In this document: positions 13,470-15,457 of the stretch, piece by piece
How the letters are laid out: the number at the start of each line of letters is the position of its first letter
Numbering within the stretch: the stretch's first letter is position 1
Origin: an uncultured archaeon
GTDB lineage: Archaea > Iainarchaeota > Iainarchaeia > Iainarchaeales > JAAZKV01
DNA length: 15,457 nucleotides
Assembly: GCA_964551375.1 (NCBI GenBank)
Contig: CAZKBG010000002.1
Location: 1 to 15,457 of the forward strand
Reading direction: 5' to 3'
Made by a program: the position numbers and the translations under genes
Notes under the pieces: model-generated
The model's database searches: none
Seen by the model: only the letters and a program-made list of their open reading frames with translations
Told to the model about the DNA's origin: nothing

Positions 13470-13553
13470 CTTTTCGGTAGTAATCTATTCAGTTATTCGT
13501 TTTTTGGTGTTTAGCAAACACTAATTGATGGGCTGACATGAGAGGTAATCTTG

Positions 13554-15457
13554 ATGGGTTATAGTTTGGGTAAAAAAGTTGTTAATGTATTTTTGATTTT
13601 ATTTTTAGTCATGTTTTTAGTTGGCGCTGCAAGCGCTGCGCACTCACAAACAACAACAATTACACCTGAATCGTCTGTAGCCTCTGTTTCAACTTTATTT
13701 AATGCAGCTGTTGCCATTGACGGGGCAAATTCAGTGGATTATGTGCGAATTGTGATTCCTACAAACGGTGCTGGTTATAGCGCATTAACTTGCGGAGCAG
13801 CTCCTGCTAATTGGAGTCTTGCTTCAAGTGACGCAACAACTTGTGTTTATACAACTTCTTCCGCTCCAATAACTCCGGGGAATCACTTGGATTTTTCTTT
13901 AACTGCAACTACTGCTGGGGATACTGGAACTTACACTTGGGCAGTGAGAACAACAGATAGTGCTGCCGCAATAGTTAATACAAGCCCAACAACAGCTGTT
14001 GATGGGGATGCTCCAACTGCTGGAATAGAGTATTCAAAAAATGCTGGTGTTGATTACTACTCAACAATCAAAGTAAAAGACGCTGATACATTGTTAATTA
14101 AAGCAACTTTTAACGAGCCAATGGCTGATTCACCAGTTGTTAAAATAGCAGTTGATAATGATGTTTTAGTTGCTACTGCAATGACAAAAGTCAGCTCAAC
14201 AGTTTACACTTATTCGTTAAATGTCCCTGCGGGGAATGTTAATACTGCAACAGTTTCCCTTAGTGTTGGGACTGACATTGCGGGCAATGTTATTACATCT
14301 GCACCAACAAGCGGAGCAACATTTACTATTGACAATTTACCGCCTACAACACCAACTTCAGTTCATATTACTTCAAGTAACGCAAATCCGACTTTAGCAA
14401 AAGTAGGAGATACTGTTACAATTACAGCAACTGTTGATTCAGGAACTACAGTAACTGGAACAATTGGCGGAAAAGCAACAACTACTAATGTTGTAAGCGA
14501 TACAACTGCCACTCTTACTCGAATCTTAGATGGTTCTGAAACTGAAGGCGCTGGACTTAATTTTACATTGGTTTCTACTGATGCTGCAGGAAATGATGCA
14601 ACTACAGTAACCAAAGCAGACATATTGGATGCCTCTGCTGTTCAAACAGATTTTACTGCTCCCTCATTTAATGCTGAAAATGGTGTTGCTGCTGGTCCGG
14701 TTAAAACTGATGTTATAAAGGTTATAATTACTGACGCTGCTGGGGGATATTTTGGTTTTAGTGCGAATGCTACTTGTGATGGTAGTGATACTATAAATCA
14801 GGAGTTTACATCTGAAGTTGAGTTTAATGTTGTTGGTGATCATACTGATTATTTGTGTGTGAAAGCTACTGATGCAGCAGGAAATATAGGTTACGAAACT
14901 GTTGGGCAGTTGAATACAGATAATACGCCGCCTACTGTTGAGTTAACTCAAGCTCATGCGGATTTAATTGTTAAAGATGCTGATGCTGATGTTACAATAA
15001 CTGCGACATTTAATGAGAATATGGCTGATACACCAACTATTTCAATTGATGGTCCTGGTGAATGCGATATTACTAGTCAAGCAATGAGTGGTTCTAATAA
15101 AGTTTGGACTTATGCTTGGAATGTTCCTGCTTTGTGTGATGGGGATGCAACAGTAACAGTTTCAGGAACAGATGTTGCAACAAATGCATATGCTGGGGCA
15201 ACAAATTTAGTTTTCACAATTGATAATACAGCTCCGTCATTCACTGATACTGATGATGTTGCTGCTGGTCCAGTTAAAACTGATATTATAAGGGTTACAA
15301 TTACTGGCGCTTCTGGGGGATATTTTGGTTTTAGTACAAACGCTACTTGTGATGGTGACGATACAATAGATCAACCATTTGGATCTACAGTTCCTTTTGA
15401 TGTTGCTGGTGATCACACTGATTATTTGTGTGTGAAAGCTACTGATGCAGCAGGAAA
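13554..15457 (+). CDS. Large secreted surface protein with Ig-like (SbsA/Big_5-like) domain repeats; S-layer or adhesin candidate; 3'-truncated by the window end
   Basis: My own translation is open from ATG 13554 to the window end (634 codons). This ORF is absent from the supplied track because it has no stop. Signal peptide MGYSLGKKVVNVFLILFLVMFLVGAASA|AH. Thr/Ala/Val/Asp-rich beta domains carry recurrent ...ATFNE(P/N)MAD.P..., TD(A/I/V)AGN and FTIDN..P motifs. Confidence 0.8.
   Translation, partial: MGYSLGKKVVNVFLILFLVMFLVGAASAAHSQTTTITPESSVASVSTLFNAAVAIDGANSVDYVRIVIPTNGAGYSALTCGAAPANWSLASSDATTCVYTTSSAPITPGNHLDFSLTATTAGDTGTYTWAVRTTDSAAAIVNTSPTTAVDGDAPTAGIEYSKNAGVDYYSTIKVKDADTLLIKATFNEPMADSPVVKIAVDNDVLVATAMTKVSSTVYTYSLNVPAGNVNTATVSLSVGTDIAGNVITSAPTSGATFTIDNLPPTTPTSVHITSSNANPTLAKVGDTVTITATVDSGTTVTGTIGGKATTTNVVSDTTATLTRILDGSETEGAGLNFTLVSTDAAGNDATTVTKADILDASAVQTDFTAPSFNAENGVAAGPVKTDVIKVIITDAAGGYFGFSANATCDGSDTINQEFTSEVEFNVVGDHTDYLCVKATDAAGNIGYETVGQLNTDNTPPTVELTQAHADLIVKDADADVTITATFNENMADTPTISIDGPGECDITSQAMSGSNKVWTYAWNVPALCDGDATVTVSGTDVATNAYAGATNLVFTIDNTAPSFTDTDDVAAGPVKTDIIRVTITGASGGYFGFSTNATCDGDDTIDQPFGSTVPFDVAGDHTDYLCVKATDAAG
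14685..15457 (+). repeat. In-frame 573-nt (191-aa) period duplication inside the surface-protein gene
   Basis: 14685-14884 aligns without gaps to 15258-15457 at roughly 85% identity by eye. The final 41 nt are identical (actgattatttgtgtgtgaaagctactgatgcagcaggaaa). The intervening Big_5-like domain (14930-15240) also resembles 13995-14340 at the protein level. Confidence 0.85.

Noticed and set aside
14363-14623. 86-aa minus-strand ORF
   Set aside because: It is antisense to the long open surface-protein frame. Its Val/Thr/Ser-rich sequence mirrors the sense-strand codon bias.

Overview
AT-rich window that is archaeal and probably from a small-genome, DPANN-like lineage. Evidence for this: a tRNA carrying a canonical bulge-helix-bulge intron, a class III (archaeal prepilin-type) signal peptide, TATA boxes about 26-30 nt upstream of start codons (leaderless mRNAs), and GGAGGTGA-type Shine-Dalgarno sites on internal genes. 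Ordinary content: tRNA-Met(CAT), an intron-containing tRNA-Glu(CTC), a lipoprotein-like secreted protein, a DUF116-like Cys-rich protein, a HAD phosphatase, an ABC-F ATPase, msrA, a 5'-frameshifted msrB, and a degenerate LOG/TIGR00725-like protein. The unusual part is a same-strand block at 2421-10092. It holds two paralogous proteins with no recognisable family and a double zinc-ribbon protein. After these comes a separately promoted pair: a pilin-like gene with aberrant codon usage, followed 1 nt later by a 1262-aa secreted, anchorless protein. That protein is built of four ~265-aa glycine-rich tandem modules. I consider this block the best candidate for an undescribed cell-surface or appendage system. 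A second large secreted Ig-like repeat protein (13554 to the window end) sits behind a TGTGAA motif array. No transposase, integrase, CRISPR or known defence gene is visible. All functional calls rest on motifs read by eye, and no database search was possible.
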